Source of the DNA: an uncultured Candidatus Bathyarchaeia archaeon | GTDB lineage: Archaea > Thermoproteota > Bathyarchaeia > RBG-16-48-13 > JAGMEO01 | Direction: 5' to 3' | Assembly: GCA_964551465.1 (NCBI GenBank) | Contig: CAZKBR010000002.1 | Location: forward strand, 1-48,358 | Length of the DNA: 48,358 nucleotides | Shown: positions 28,233-37,405 of the stretch, piece after piece | Layout: every line of letters starts with the position of its first letter | Numbering within the stretch: the stretch's first letter is position 1 | Position numbers and translations under genes: made by a program | The notes under the pieces: model-generated | Databases searched by the model: none | Seen by the model: only the letters and a program-made list of their open reading frames with translations | What the model was told of the DNA's origin: nothing

Positions 28233-29021
28233 ATGGTTCGTTGCGGTAGTTGTGGTAAAGAGGTTCTCCCTGGAGCTGCTTTTTGCTCTAATTGCGGTTC
28301 ATCGATCACTGCGACTTCTAGTCAAGAGAAGTATGAAATTAAGTATAAGCCGTCCTACGCGATGCTTGTCTATCATCTCAACGAGAACGAGAGTATCACA
28401 GCTGAAGCCGGCGCGATGACGTACATGGGCTCTAATGTTGAGGCCAATACCCGTATGAGGGAAAGAAGCATCCTCGGAACATTAGGATTAACAATACTTG
28501 GTAGACAGTCGTTCTTCGTCAACGATTACAGAGCTGTAGGTGGACCAGCTGAAGCTGCCTTCGTGTCAGCTCCTGTTGGGGACATTGCAGTTCTTAACAT
28601 CTCCCCTAACCAGGGATACATTATACAGAAATCGTCCTATATTGCCTCGACCCAGAATGTTGATCTGGATGTCAAGTGGGAGGGGTTTACGAAGGGCTTG
28701 TTTGGACAGGGATTGTTCATGATCAAAGTGTCTGGTAGCGGAGAATTGTTCATCAACACTTTTGGAGCGATAGATCAACACGTGCTTGGGCAGGGACAGA
28801 AGCTCGTTGTGGACAATTTTCACTTAGTGGCTTTCAGTGACACATGCACATACAGGGTAACGAAGTTCGGGGGTCTAAAGGAGACTTTGCTGGGTGGAGA
28901 GGGATTGGTGACCGAGATCACGGGACCTGGAGAAGTTCTGATTCAGACCAAGAACTTGAGGGAGTTCGTAGAATGGCTTTGGCCTCTGCTTGAGTCCAAA
29001 GTTGAATCCAAGGCACGCTGA
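28233..29021 (+). CDS. AIM24/TIGR00266 (DUF124) family protein with N-terminal zinc ribbon
   Basis: CGSCGKEVLPGAAFCSNCG, then a beta-rich body ending GGEGLVTEITGPGEVLIQT, typical of the family. Confidence 0.7.
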   Translation: MVRCGSCGKEVLPGAAFCSNCGSSITATSSQEKYEIKYKPSYAMLVYHLNENESITAEAGAMTYMGSNVEANTRMRERSILGTLGLTILGRQSFFVNDYRAVGGPAEAAFVSAPVGDIAVLNISPNQGYIIQKSSYIASTQNVDLDVKWEGFTKGLFGQGLFMIKVSGSGELFINTFGAIDQHVLGQGQKLVVDNFHLVAFSDTCTYRVTKFGGLKETLLGGEGLVTEITGPGEVLIQTKNLREFVEWLWPLLESKVESKAR

Positions 29022-29132
29022 CCACCTTTTCATTCGATACTGATCAAATTTCATAATCTCTAACTCTTTTTGCGGGCGACAAAATATTATATGTTTTACC
29101 ATTTTTCCTAGAATGGAGGACTAATACGTAAG

Positions 29133-29360
29133 ATGATTGTTGGTGTTTTGGGTTTGATTCTGATCGTCCTCGGATGGGTTCTGGGCTACAAGCAGGTTCC
29201 AAATTTGCGGCTCGCATCACTCTATTTTTTGGGCAGCTTCTTTCTGGCGATCCACACGTTCTTTGTGGGAGAATATTTGTCTTTCACGCTGAATGCGATA
29301 TTGACTGTCCTCGGTCTAATCAACCTGTATCGGAGCTTAAGAAAGGTGAGAAGTTGTTAG
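29133..29360 (+). CDS. Small hydrophobic membrane protein (about 3 TM), unknown function
   Basis: 75 aa, three hydrophobic stretches, basic C-terminus. No recognisable family. Confidence 0.35.
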   Translation: MIVGVLGLILIVLGWVLGYKQVPNLRLASLYFLGSFFLAIHTFFVGEYLSFTLNAILTVLGLINLYRSLRKVRSC

Positions 29361-29456
29361 AGACTTTCCCCATCGAGCGTACGGCGAAAGCCCAAATTGT
29401 GGCGTAACCGCGCTACTTGTCATATCCATCCTAAAATAGCGTTTCTTTTCAATGGA

Positions 29457-30677
29457 TTACTGTATGCTTGGTGGCGGTCGTGTCCCTAACTCAACTTGAA
29501 CCGTCATCGCCTGTCTGTTTCTCACTATTGTCATGCTGACCGTCTGTCCCGGTGAAGTGTGCTCTTCTAGGTAAGATATGAGATCATCCATGTTGGTGAT
29601 CCTTATTCCATCAATCGCTATTACTATGTCACCGCCGATCGTTATCCAACTTCCCGCGATTAGAGCGTTCCCTGTTCCTCCGCGCAGACCCGCTTTATCG
29701 GCTGGTCCTCCACTTACAACCCCGACGATCAACGTACCGTAGGTGACATCAACGCCCATTCTTGTCGCTATATCGTAGTTCATGTCTATTCCTGTTATGC
29801 CCAGCCATGGATGATGATTGTATGATCCCTCGCTGACTAATGATCTGATTTCTCGAAGAATTGTACTTGAGGGGATCGCGAAGCCCAGCCCCTGAGAATC
29901 GGATACTATGGCTGCGGTTATGCCAACAACTTGACCCAGATAGTTCAAGAGTGGGCCTCCCGAGTTTCCAGGGTTTATCGGAGCGGTTATCTGGATCACG
30001 TTGGCTATCGGGTACCCGCCGGTTGTTTCCTCGGTTATTGTTCTTCCGAGCTGGCTGACTATGCCTGTGGTCATCGATCCTGTTAGCCCATATGGATTGC
30101 CGATTGCTATTACCGGGTCACCTACCCTCAAGGAAGATGAGCTGACAATTTCAAGAGGTTTATACTCGTCCTGTGGAGTGTTTGTTGAAAGCACGGCAAG
30201 GTCAGCATATGGATCTGAACCCAAGACGGTTGCCCTGTATCCATCCCCATTTATGAAGGTGACAGTAATATTGATGGCGTTGTTGACTACATGGAAGTTT
30301 GTGACGATTACTATTTGTCCTGTGCAGTTGTAGATGAAGCCTGATCCCTGGACATATGTGTACGTCGTCCCTTGATAAGTGGACTCTACTACGACCCCAC
30401 GAATTGTTACGACAGACTCTTTGATTTCTTCGTACAACGAGGAGAGGGAGGCGCCATCTCCGAAAACATAAGTGACATTCTGAGCTGACCGAAGATTTGT
30501 AATCTGTTCTTGAAGCGTCGAGATCTGGTCCTGGAGGTCAGTGATCTGTTTTGAGACCATCGAATAGCTCAATAGTCCTCCAGCAACTGCTCCAACTACG
30601 ATTGATACCACTATGAGAACAGCTGAGAAACGGGTAATTCTTTGTTTCCTAGAGCTCTCCAAACAAGCTCGCCCCAT
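29457..30677 (-). CDS. htrA: HtrA/DegP-family serine protease (S1C) with N-terminal TM anchor, coiled coil and C-terminal PDZ
   Basis: Catalytic triad contexts TNFHVV, DLAVL and GNSGGPLLN. PDZ region GLRGG...GDIVIAIDG. Confidence 0.85.
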   Translation of the reverse strand: MGRACLESSRKQRITRFSAVLIVVSIVVGAVAGGLLSYSMVSKQITDLQDQISTLQEQITNLRSAQNVTYVFGDGASLSSLYEEIKESVVTIRGVVVESTYQGTTYTYVQGSGFIYNCTGQIVIVTNFHVVNNAINITVTFINGDGYRATVLGSDPYADLAVLSTNTPQDEYKPLEIVSSSSLRVGDPVIAIGNPYGLTGSMTTGIVSQLGRTITEETTGGYPIANVIQITAPINPGNSGGPLLNYLGQVVGITAAIVSDSQGLGFAIPSSTILREIRSLVSEGSYNHHPWLGITGIDMNYDIATRMGVDVTYGTLIVGVVSGGPADKAGLRGGTGNALIAGSWITIGGDIVIAIDGIRITNMDDLISYLEEHTSPGQTVSMTIVRNRQAMTVQVELGTRPPPSIQ

Positions 30678-30711
30678 AGACTAGGCAGATACTTTTAGAA
30701 AATCACTCGCG

Positions 30712-30767
30712 ATCATATAGGTTTTTGAAACGTTTTCGAGGTTTACGACCGTTTTCAAGTACCTCAT
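30712..30767 (-). pseudogene. Decayed 5' stub of a MacB-type ABC ATPase gene (first ~19 codons)
   Basis: 30712-30771 aligns without gaps to 36504-36563, the 5' end of the ATPase at 35861..36559, with 55/60 identical by hand count. It encodes MRYLKTVVNLENVSKTYM, then diverges and stops. Confidence 0.6.
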
Positions 30768-30837
30768 CCACATACCATCTTTTCTAATCTGATTAAGCAC
30801 GCGCGATTTATTTCTGCTTCTTTGCATGTATAGTTCA

Positions 30838-30904
30838 GAGGAATTATAAAAGAGTATTTCAGAATTAGACTCAATTCCGACTTAAATCAGAATCTACTTG
30901 TTAC
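30838..30904 (-). promoter_or_regulatory. Promoter/operator cassette copy A (TATA plus upstream dyad), upstream of the ATPase stub and htrA
   Basis: Minus-strand reading: TTCTGATTTAAGTCGGA..TTCTGAAAT-ACTC-TTTTATAAT. 56/67 identical, ungapped, to copy B. Confidence 0.55.
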
Positions 30905-31010
30905 AACGCGCGTGAAACATGACAGAACGAAGTTTTAAACTAAACTAGTGCTGTTCAGCGGATTCGCACACGCGATATGTTAAACCCCTCTTTTCTGGTA
31001 TTTACTGCGT

Positions 31011-33575
31011 CTATTCTGTCCAGTCTATCGAGGTTAGATAGCTCATCCATGGAACCCAATTAGATCTGGCTTCGGCTCTCCATCTGCCTGCGACCGGTCC
31101 GACGAGTTCCTGTATTGCCCATTGCCAAGTGTTGTCGGATATACCGCGCATCTTCACCGTGTTCAGCAGCACCGAGGTGACACCCCTATTTGGGGTCGTC
31201 TCGTTCGTGTACAATGTGTTAAAGTTGCACCAGTAGTGGGCTAGCCAGTATGCGGCTGCGAGCGTGTCGAAGCCGCTGATACCGTAGATTAAGAGACCCG
31301 CGTATGGGTCGCTCAGTGTAGGACCATCAAGGGCGGCACTATTGGTTTCAAAGAATACACCGTCGCCTATCTGCTCACCGTCGTATATCGATGTCCAAGA
31401 GGTCAGGTTGAGGTCCTCTGCAATGGTTATCAGTGAGTATCCACCGTGTGATGCGGGGTAGAATGTTCCAGTTGGGATGCTGAAGAACCCAGCTTCAGGC
31501 AACTCCGATGCCGTTGTGGCGGGATCAACCCATATGATCCACATGTGATCGTTGAAGTACTCAGAGGCCAGGTTGACCTTTGGACCGCCGATGATGATCG
31601 TGTGGTTTATGTCCCATGATGCGCCGGTCGGCATCGTGAAGAGGCCCCAGTCGACACCCGACTCACCGTTTGTTCTGTTCTGTATGCGTCGCCAGCCCGA
31701 GAGCTTCCATGACAGAGGTATCGTTCCTAGATTGTCGACGTATTCCTTTCCAGCAACAGTCTTGTAGAAGTTCGGGCTGACACCGTAGAATGGGCCGTAG
31801 GCTTCTCCCATGAAGCCTGTTGTGTCCCACATTGCTTCCCACCATGGGTCTAGTCCTGTCACGCTGATGAAGCTGCCGAATGCTTCACCCACCTCTGTTC
31901 CGCCGACAACATCTATCACAGACGCGGCCTCACTTGCGAAGACCATGCCATTGTGCGCTACGCTCGCGCCGTAGATGAACGTCGTGTTCCTCGGGTCGCA
32001 TGTAATGTAGCGATCTATCCAGACGTTTCCATCGTACGTGCTCAGCTTATTCCAAGAGACGCCGCTGAACGGGTACCAGTTGGATAGGTCGAGTGGTTTG
32101 CCGTTTTTGTCTTTGGTTTCGGTTGACAGCTTGTATGTTGTGTTGAAGTACTCTGAGAGCATGTACTTGAGTTCGCCCGCAGTTATCTGTCCACAGTAGC
32201 CTGCCCTGCTGTCCCAGTCGTAGCTCGACGGGCTTCCAACATATCCAAAGGTGTCGGAGCAGTTGGTGATGCCATAGAGTGTGAGGAACTCGGCCTTCCT
32301 GAAAGCGGTCGAGGAACTTAGCGTGAAGTTCCATTGTCCGAGCAGGAGGTTGGCAGCCGCGTAGTGGTTAGCATCGATACTTCTGTACTCAACGCTAAGC
32401 GGTTGGTAGCCGAAGCGTCTGCCTAAACCTTCGCCAATCACGGGCGCGATGTGCAGGTCGTAGGTGAAGTGGTTCCAGTTGTCGGTGTCCCAGTTGCTGC
32501 AGTTAGGATAGTACGCCACGAATGCAACATGATGCTGTGGAGCAACGGAGTAGCCATTTGGAGGAACCCATATGGCTACGCTTGAGTTCGTCCAGACGAC
32601 GGCTAGGCTGTAGTTCTGAGGCCAGTATTCACAACCAGTCCAGAACATGTGATCTTGCTGTCCCTCTTCGGCGGTTAAGCCTGTGAGGTGGCCCTTCCAA
32701 GAGCCTTTCCTAGAGTTGGCGTAGAAGACGGAGAAGCTTTCAGCTTCTCCTTCTTGGAACTTCTGGTCGATGTCGAAGCTCGTCATCCTGCGGAAGACAA
32801 CATCGAGGGCACCGTACTCGGTCTTCAGGTACTCGATCGTCCAGTAGGAGGCGATTTCCTTCGTGTCCTTGAAGAAGACAAAGGTGCCGGTTATTTCAAA
32901 GAGACGGGACTCAAACCCAAACCTGTCTTCAATTTCCTTGTTGTCTGTTAGAACCTTGACCTGAGCGACGAGCAATCTTGAAGTGTTTGTTATAATGGTC
33001 TCGGACTCAGGTATGACATTAACCCTAGCGCGTCTGTATGGTGAGCTGATGTTGCCGTAGATGGCCATCGACACATGCCAATTTGGGTCGATGGCCCATT
33101 GCAGTGTTCCGTTCTTGAACTTCCAATACAGTTGCCAGCCCTCGATCGGGAAGTAGCGCCAGTCGACGCCTGACTTCGTGGGAGTGGCTATGTGCTCGCA
33201 TGGATAGATTCCGTAGTCCGTGCCGTTTGTGCCCGCGGGCATGTCTATCTGCCAGGCTGAATCGGTCGGATACGTCAAGCCGACACCGTACGATGATCCT
33301 GTGCCGAACGGGTCCTGATCTGTGACCATCTCACCGTAGGCCGTGAAGCCCACGTTGATTGAGCGCCTCTGCCACTTCGTGTAGTTGTACTCTGGGAAGA
33401 GCTCATCGTGCAGCATACCATATGCCACTATCTGTCGTTCGCCCGTATGCCAAGAATAGTAATCCAACGCGGCTACAGGAAAGGATAGTAGCATAGTTGC
33501 AATCATCAGAGTCGTTAGCAGTAGACCTAATACGATTTTCTTGTGTGATCTCCATTTCTTCAATCGCGTGCGCAC
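31011..33575 (-). CDS. 854-aa secreted/anchored orphan glycoprotein (unknown family)
   Basis: N-terminal basic stretch plus a hydrophobic signal/anchor (KKIVLGLLLTTLMIATMLLSFPVAA). Very Trp/Tyr-rich, with 16 N-x-S/T sequons by my count. Last gene of ABC operon 1. An IIIGGPKVN segment faintly recalls archaeal S-layer proteins. Confidence 0.6.
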   Translation of the reverse strand: MRTRLKKWRSHKKIVLGLLLTTLMIATMLLSFPVAALDYYSWHTGERQIVAYGMLHDELFPEYNYTKWQRRSINVGFTAYGEMVTDQDPFGTGSSYGVGLTYPTDSAWQIDMPAGTNGTDYGIYPCEHIATPTKSGVDWRYFPIEGWQLYWKFKNGTLQWAIDPNWHVSMAIYGNISSPYRRARVNVIPESETIITNTSRLLVAQVKVLTDNKEIEDRFGFESRLFEITGTFVFFKDTKEIASYWTIEYLKTEYGALDVVFRRMTSFDIDQKFQEGEAESFSVFYANSRKGSWKGHLTGLTAEEGQQDHMFWTGCEYWPQNYSLAVVWTNSSVAIWVPPNGYSVAPQHHVAFVAYYPNCSNWDTDNWNHFTYDLHIAPVIGEGLGRRFGYQPLSVEYRSIDANHYAAANLLLGQWNFTLSSSTAFRKAEFLTLYGITNCSDTFGYVGSPSSYDWDSRAGYCGQITAGELKYMLSEYFNTTYKLSTETKDKNGKPLDLSNWYPFSGVSWNKLSTYDGNVWIDRYITCDPRNTTFIYGASVAHNGMVFASEAASVIDVVGGTEVGEAFGSFISVTGLDPWWEAMWDTTGFMGEAYGPFYGVSPNFYKTVAGKEYVDNLGTIPLSWKLSGWRRIQNRTNGESGVDWGLFTMPTGASWDINHTIIIGGPKVNLASEYFNDHMWIIWVDPATTASELPEAGFFSIPTGTFYPASHGGYSLITIAEDLNLTSWTSIYDGEQIGDGVFFETNSAALDGPTLSDPYAGLLIYGISGFDTLAAAYWLAHYWCNFNTLYTNETTPNRGVTSVLLNTVKMRGISDNTWQWAIQELVGPVAGRWRAEARSNWVPWMSYLTSIDWTE

Positions 33576-33598
33576 CCAATTTCCTAATTCCCTGAATT

Positions 33599-34891
33599 CT
33601 ATTCGTACCTAAGTGCCGTGGCTGGGTCGAGCTTGGCGGCTTTTCTGGCTGGGAAGAATCCTGCTATCACGCTGACTATGATTCCAAAGCTGATCGCGAT
33701 AATTATGAGCTGGGGAGTGAATACTGGTTGGAGGCTACCAAGCCGAAAAGCTCCACCTCCCATTCCCATCGGCGCGCCTCCTGTTATGCCAGCGCCTTGA
33801 CCCTGGCTTTGAAGGCCGGTGAGTAGCCAACTCGCGGTATAAGCCATTACTGCTCCGATACCGCAGCCTACACCGCCTCCGAGGACTCCTATTATCGCTG
33901 CTTCGGTGAGGAACAGCATCATTATTGTCCTGTTCTCTGAGCCCACGGCTTTTAATAGGCCTATGATTCTTGTCCTCTCTATGACCGAGATATACATGAT
34001 GTTGGCTATGCCAACGCCCGCGACTATGAGCGATATAGCCGCTATTCCGCCTAGGAATAACTGAATTTGACTTATCATGGATCCAATCGTCGTTGTAAGC
34101 TGCTCTGAAGACATTATACGAACGTTAGTTCCATACATCTCCTCAAGAGATGTTGTAATCGAGCTCACGTCGTCGATGGTCTTGGCCACGACAATGATGC
34201 CATTGTATTCACCGTAACTTCTTTTCAGCAACATGCTTGCCGCTGGTAGTGACAGAAAAACGCTATCGTCTAATTGAACGAATAGGGAAGTCCCATACTC
34301 GGATAGTACTCCTTTAACCACGTATGTATGCGTTGAGGTGACTGAACCGCTTGCTGTGGCTACCTGTGTCTGGACAGCAAGCAGTTGACTAATGGTTGCG
34401 AAAGTTGTGCCCGGAGAGTCTGGCGGATAAGCGACATTGTAGCCAACAACGATCCCCGAGTAGTCAATTGTTGGTAATAGCGTTCCTTGTGCCACACTCA
34501 TATCTGAAAAAATCTCAGGGAGAAATTCGTTATCGATGCCCATAAGTGTTACGTCATATGACTTGCCGCCGGCTTTCAACGTGACTCTGCTACTGACGTA
34601 AGGGATGACTTCACTAACGCCGTCAATTAGTGCGATCGATCTAACATCAGATGAGGTTAGCTTAACACCACGTCCTCCTGGAAGAAACTCCCCTACTGAA
34701 GAAAGAGTGAGGGTGTTTGCTCCGGTCTTGCCAGCAAGCCCAGTGACGATGACTCTCAGCCCGTCTGTCAGAGATATCAAAACGACTATGGTGGCTATAC
34801 CTATGACTATGCCTAGTATGGTCAATGCAGCCCTGAGCTTACGCGACTTGAGGGCTTCAAACGCCATGCTGAAGATGTCTAATGCCTTCAA
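33599..34891 (-). CDS. MacB/FtsX-type ABC transporter permease
   Basis: FEALKSRKLRAALTILGIVIGIA N-terminal TM, a large extracytoplasmic domain, and a C-terminal FtsX 3-TM bundle ending PARKAAKLDPATALRYE. Confidence 0.85.
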   Translation of the reverse strand: MKALDIFSMAFEALKSRKLRAALTILGIVIGIATIVVLISLTDGLRVIVTGLAGKTGANTLTLSSVGEFLPGGRGVKLTSSDVRSIALIDGVSEVIPYVSSRVTLKAGGKSYDVTLMGIDNEFLPEIFSDMSVAQGTLLPTIDYSGIVVGYNVAYPPDSPGTTFATISQLLAVQTQVATASGSVTSTHTYVVKGVLSEYGTSLFVQLDDSVFLSLPAASMLLKRSYGEYNGIIVVAKTIDDVSSITTSLEEMYGTNVRIMSSEQLTTTIGSMISQIQLFLGGIAAISLIVAGVGIANIMYISVIERTRIIGLLKAVGSENRTIMMLFLTEAAIIGVLGGGVGCGIGAVMAYTASWLLTGLQSQGQGAGITGGAPMGMGGGAFRLGSLQPVFTPQLIIIAISFGIIVSVIAGFFPARKAAKLDPATALRYE

Positions 34892-34892
34892 G

Positions 34893-35864
34893 TTAAGACC
34901 CTTTTTTGGAGATTTCGGGAACCTTCAGCAAACGTCTTCTGTATAGAATAATGGTCAATGCGACTCCGGCTACTAAGCCGATGAGCCCGGGCACCAGCAT
35001 GTCCACTATGGAGGGACCAGCTGTAAGTCGACGCTCAGGCACAGCCGTTTTCTCCGCTTCCTTTACGACTATCACATTCAACTCTACGACCTTAGAGCCC
35101 CAAGTGTTGGTATCATCTTTATAGTTGATGATGAATTTTAGTGGATACGTTCCCGCGTTAGCCTTTGTGACGCGACATGTGACGCTGAATGCCACGGAAG
35201 TTCCTGACGAAACATCGCCTATGAACAAGGAACCTGCCTCCGTGGCGATGAATGGAGGCTCTGATACTATTGAGATGCTGAGTGCCTTTGCCGTGCCTGA
35301 TCCCTCGTTGGTTATCGTGCCTGAAACCGCTAAACTTTGATTTGCAACGGCTGGTGACGGAGAAAATGTTACGCCTGACAGCCATGGGTCTACGAAGCCG
35401 TGGACTGGTAGACTTATCGTTCTGGTCTCGCTCTTGCTGGAGCCTCCAGCGTTATAGCTCAGATCTAGTGAGGCGGAATAGGTTGAACCCGAACTCCCTT
35501 CAGGTGCAAATATGGTGGTTTCTATTGTTACGTTTTTGCGCGGTTCAATCACTTGGAAGAACCATTTGTCATCCTTTCCCATCAATGCAAGGGGGGATGG
35601 GATCGACAGAGTGACCGTCACTACAGTTGCGGCACAGGGACCCCTGTTGACTATTGCTATGGATAGGTTGTTGGCACGGCCCGCTAAGATGTACTGACCC
35701 GTTACCTTCACATCGAGTACGGTAGTAAACTCCTCCGTGTAATCAGCATGTGTTGTCGAAACTAAACCTTGCAATGGCAACAAGATCAGTATAATCAAGA
35801 ATACTGTCATGCACGCTCTTCCAGCAGTTTGGTTTCCATACCTGGAATCTTTTCCTGACATCAA
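34893..35864 (-). CDS. Surface protein with two CARDB/COG1361-like beta-sandwich repeats and a C-terminal TM anchor
   Basis: Signal-like N-terminus, a repeated pattern (...SIAIVNRGPCAATVVTVTL... / ...VSGTITNEGSGTAKALSISIV...), and a C-terminal LVPGLIGLVAGVALTIILYRRR anchor. Start overlaps the ATPase stop by 4 nt. Confidence 0.55.
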   Translation of the reverse strand: MMSGKDSRYGNQTAGRACMTVFLIILILLPLQGLVSTTHADYTEEFTTVLDVKVTGQYILAGRANNLSIAIVNRGPCAATVVTVTLSIPSPLALMGKDDKWFFQVIEPRKNVTIETTIFAPEGSSGSTYSASLDLSYNAGGSSKSETRTISLPVHGFVDPWLSGVTFSPSPAVANQSLAVSGTITNEGSGTAKALSISIVSEPPFIATEAGSLFIGDVSSGTSVAFSVTCRVTKANAGTYPLKFIINYKDDTNTWGSKVVELNVIVVKEAEKTAVPERRLTAGPSIVDMLVPGLIGLVAGVALTIILYRRRLLKVPEISKKGS

Positions 35865-36559
35865 GTTTTCACTTCCTCCTTGACGATTAGACCATCCTTA
35901 AGATAAATTGTTCGTTTCGCCTTAGATGCGATTTTAATATCGTGAGTAACAACAACTATCGTCACTTTCTTCTTGTTGTTTAGCTTATGTAGTAGGGAAA
36001 TTATCTCCATTCCAGTCTTTGAGTCAAGGTTTCCCGTTGGTTCATCTGCCACTATGACCTCTGGATTATTGACCAGTGCTCTAGCGACAGCGACCCTTTG
36101 CTGTTCGCCTCCACTGAGTTGCAGTGGTCTATGGTTGATGCGTTCAGTTAGACCGACGAGGTTGAGCAGGTCTTTTGCTCTCTCTTCCTGCTCTTCTCTC
36201 GTAACTTCGGCTATGGTTAATGGCACTTCCACGTTTTTCAGCGCAGTCAACCAAGGGACCAGCTGAAAAGTCTGAAACATGAAACCGAATTTCTTCAGTC
36301 GGAGATTCGCCAGTTCTTTGTCATCTAACTCTGAAGCATCCAAATCATCAACAAAGACCTTGCCTTCGGTCGGTCGATCTAGGAGAGCAATAATATTGAG
36401 GAGCGTTGTCTTCCCGCTTCCTGAAACACCTAAAAATACCATGAAGTCTTCACTATTGATCCCTAAGTTTATTCCTTTAAGTGCTGGAACGGGCACATCT
36501 CCCATCATATAGGTTTTTGAAACGTTTTCAAGTTTTATGACCGTTTTCAAGTGCTTCAT
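35861..36559 (-). CDS. MacB/LolD-type ABC transporter ATP-binding protein (system 1)
   Basis: Walker [11 protein letters not shown], signature LSGGEQQRVAVARAL, Walker [14 protein letters not shown]-loop VVVTHD. Start set at ATG 36559 (MKHLKTVIKLENVSKTY). Confidence 0.9.
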   Translation of the reverse strand: MKHLKTVIKLENVSKTYMMGDVPVPALKGINLGINSEDFMVFLGVSGSGKTTLLNIIALLDRPTEGKVFVDDLDASELDDKELANLRLKKFGFMFQTFQLVPWLTALKNVEVPLTIAEVTREEQEERAKDLLNLVGLTERINHRPLQLSGGEQQRVAVARALVNNPEVIVADEPTGNLDSKTGMEIISLLHKLNNKKKVTIVVVTHDIKIASKAKRTIYLKDGLIVKEEVKT

Positions 36560-36585
36560 CCACCATATGTGTTGGATGTGATATA

Positions 36586-36909
36586 TCAAATGTCATGTAT
36601 AAACTTAGCTCCATGGGCTAAATTTCTTATCTGATTGAGCGTCGGAACAGAAGAGTCTCGGGTGCGATCTTCGACAGGCTTCATCTTCTTTTTCGCAGGT
36701 AGCGAAACGACACCTACAACCGTCATTATAATTCCCATCATAATTCCTAGACTCTGTAACGCCATGATCGATAGAATTATAATCGGGATATGTGGTTCAT
36801 TGCTTGGAACACCACTAGGAAGATGCCTTGGACCAAGGATTCTAAGGATCAAAGGAAAACAAGCTAAAATCAAAAGAATCAAACCTAGTACTACTAACTT
36901 CTTTCGCAT
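36586..36909 (-). CDS. Small 2-TM membrane protein, first gene of ABC operon 1
   Basis: 107 aa with two hydrophobic helices and a charged C-terminal tail. No family recognised. Confidence 0.45.
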   Translation of the reverse strand: MRKKLVVLGLILLILACFPLILRILGPRHLPSGVPSNEPHIPIIILSIMALQSLGIMMGIIMTVVGVVSLPAKKKMKPVEDRTRDSSVPTLNQIRNLAHGAKFIHDI

Positions 36910-36965
36910 ATCATATCACTTGCAGTCGCGCGCGATGTCGTATCTCCTTTTCCTCAGAATTGCCC

Positions 36966-37032
36966 GAGGAATTATAAAAGTATATTTCAGAATTGGACTC
37001 AACTCTGACCCAAATCAGAACGTATTTATTAC
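36966..37032 (-). promoter_or_regulatory. Promoter/operator cassette copy B (divergent region between ABC operon 1 and the wHTH gene)
   Basis: Minus-strand reading: TTCTGATTTGGGTCAGA (dyad TCTGA-N6-TCAGA)..TTCTGAAAT-ATAC-TTTTATAAT. The TATA lies ~60 nt upstream of ATG 36909. Confidence 0.55.
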
Positions 37033-37086
37033 GAAAGTTCAAGAAGATTTATAGTTCAAAAAGCTAAGTCTCAGGAAGTTCCATGG

Positions 37087-37380
37087 ATGTCAGCCTACGG
37101 ACGCCATCTGAAGTATGTGCTTGGATGGCTGATCGCAGGCACGCGAGGCGGTGTCACACGTGCCCGAATAATCAGAGCCCTGAAAGAGAGGCCACTAAAC
37201 GCAAATCAATTGGCTGAGCTACTCAAAATGGACTATAGAACGATGAGGCACCATCTTGAAGTGCTTCAGAAGAATGGGATAATCATCTCCGCTGGGGACA
37301 AGTACGGCGTAACATATTTTTTGTCTCCTGAAATGGAAGAAAACTACGCTTTTTTTGAAGAGATTCTGAAGAGAATTTGA
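37087..37380 (+). CDS. ArsR-like winged helix-turn-helix transcriptional regulator
   Basis: GGVTRARIIRALKERPLNANQLAELLKMDYRTMRHHLEVLQKNGII is a classic ArsR/SmtB-type HTH (..L...p....eLa..l.......HL..L...Gl). Confidence 0.75.
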   Translation: MSAYGRHLKYVLGWLIAGTRGGVTRARIIRALKERPLNANQLAELLKMDYRTMRHHLEVLQKNGIIISAGDKYGVTYFLSPEMEENYAFFEEILKRI

Positions 37381-37405
37381 AAAAAATTAAAAAGGGTGGA
37401 AAAGA

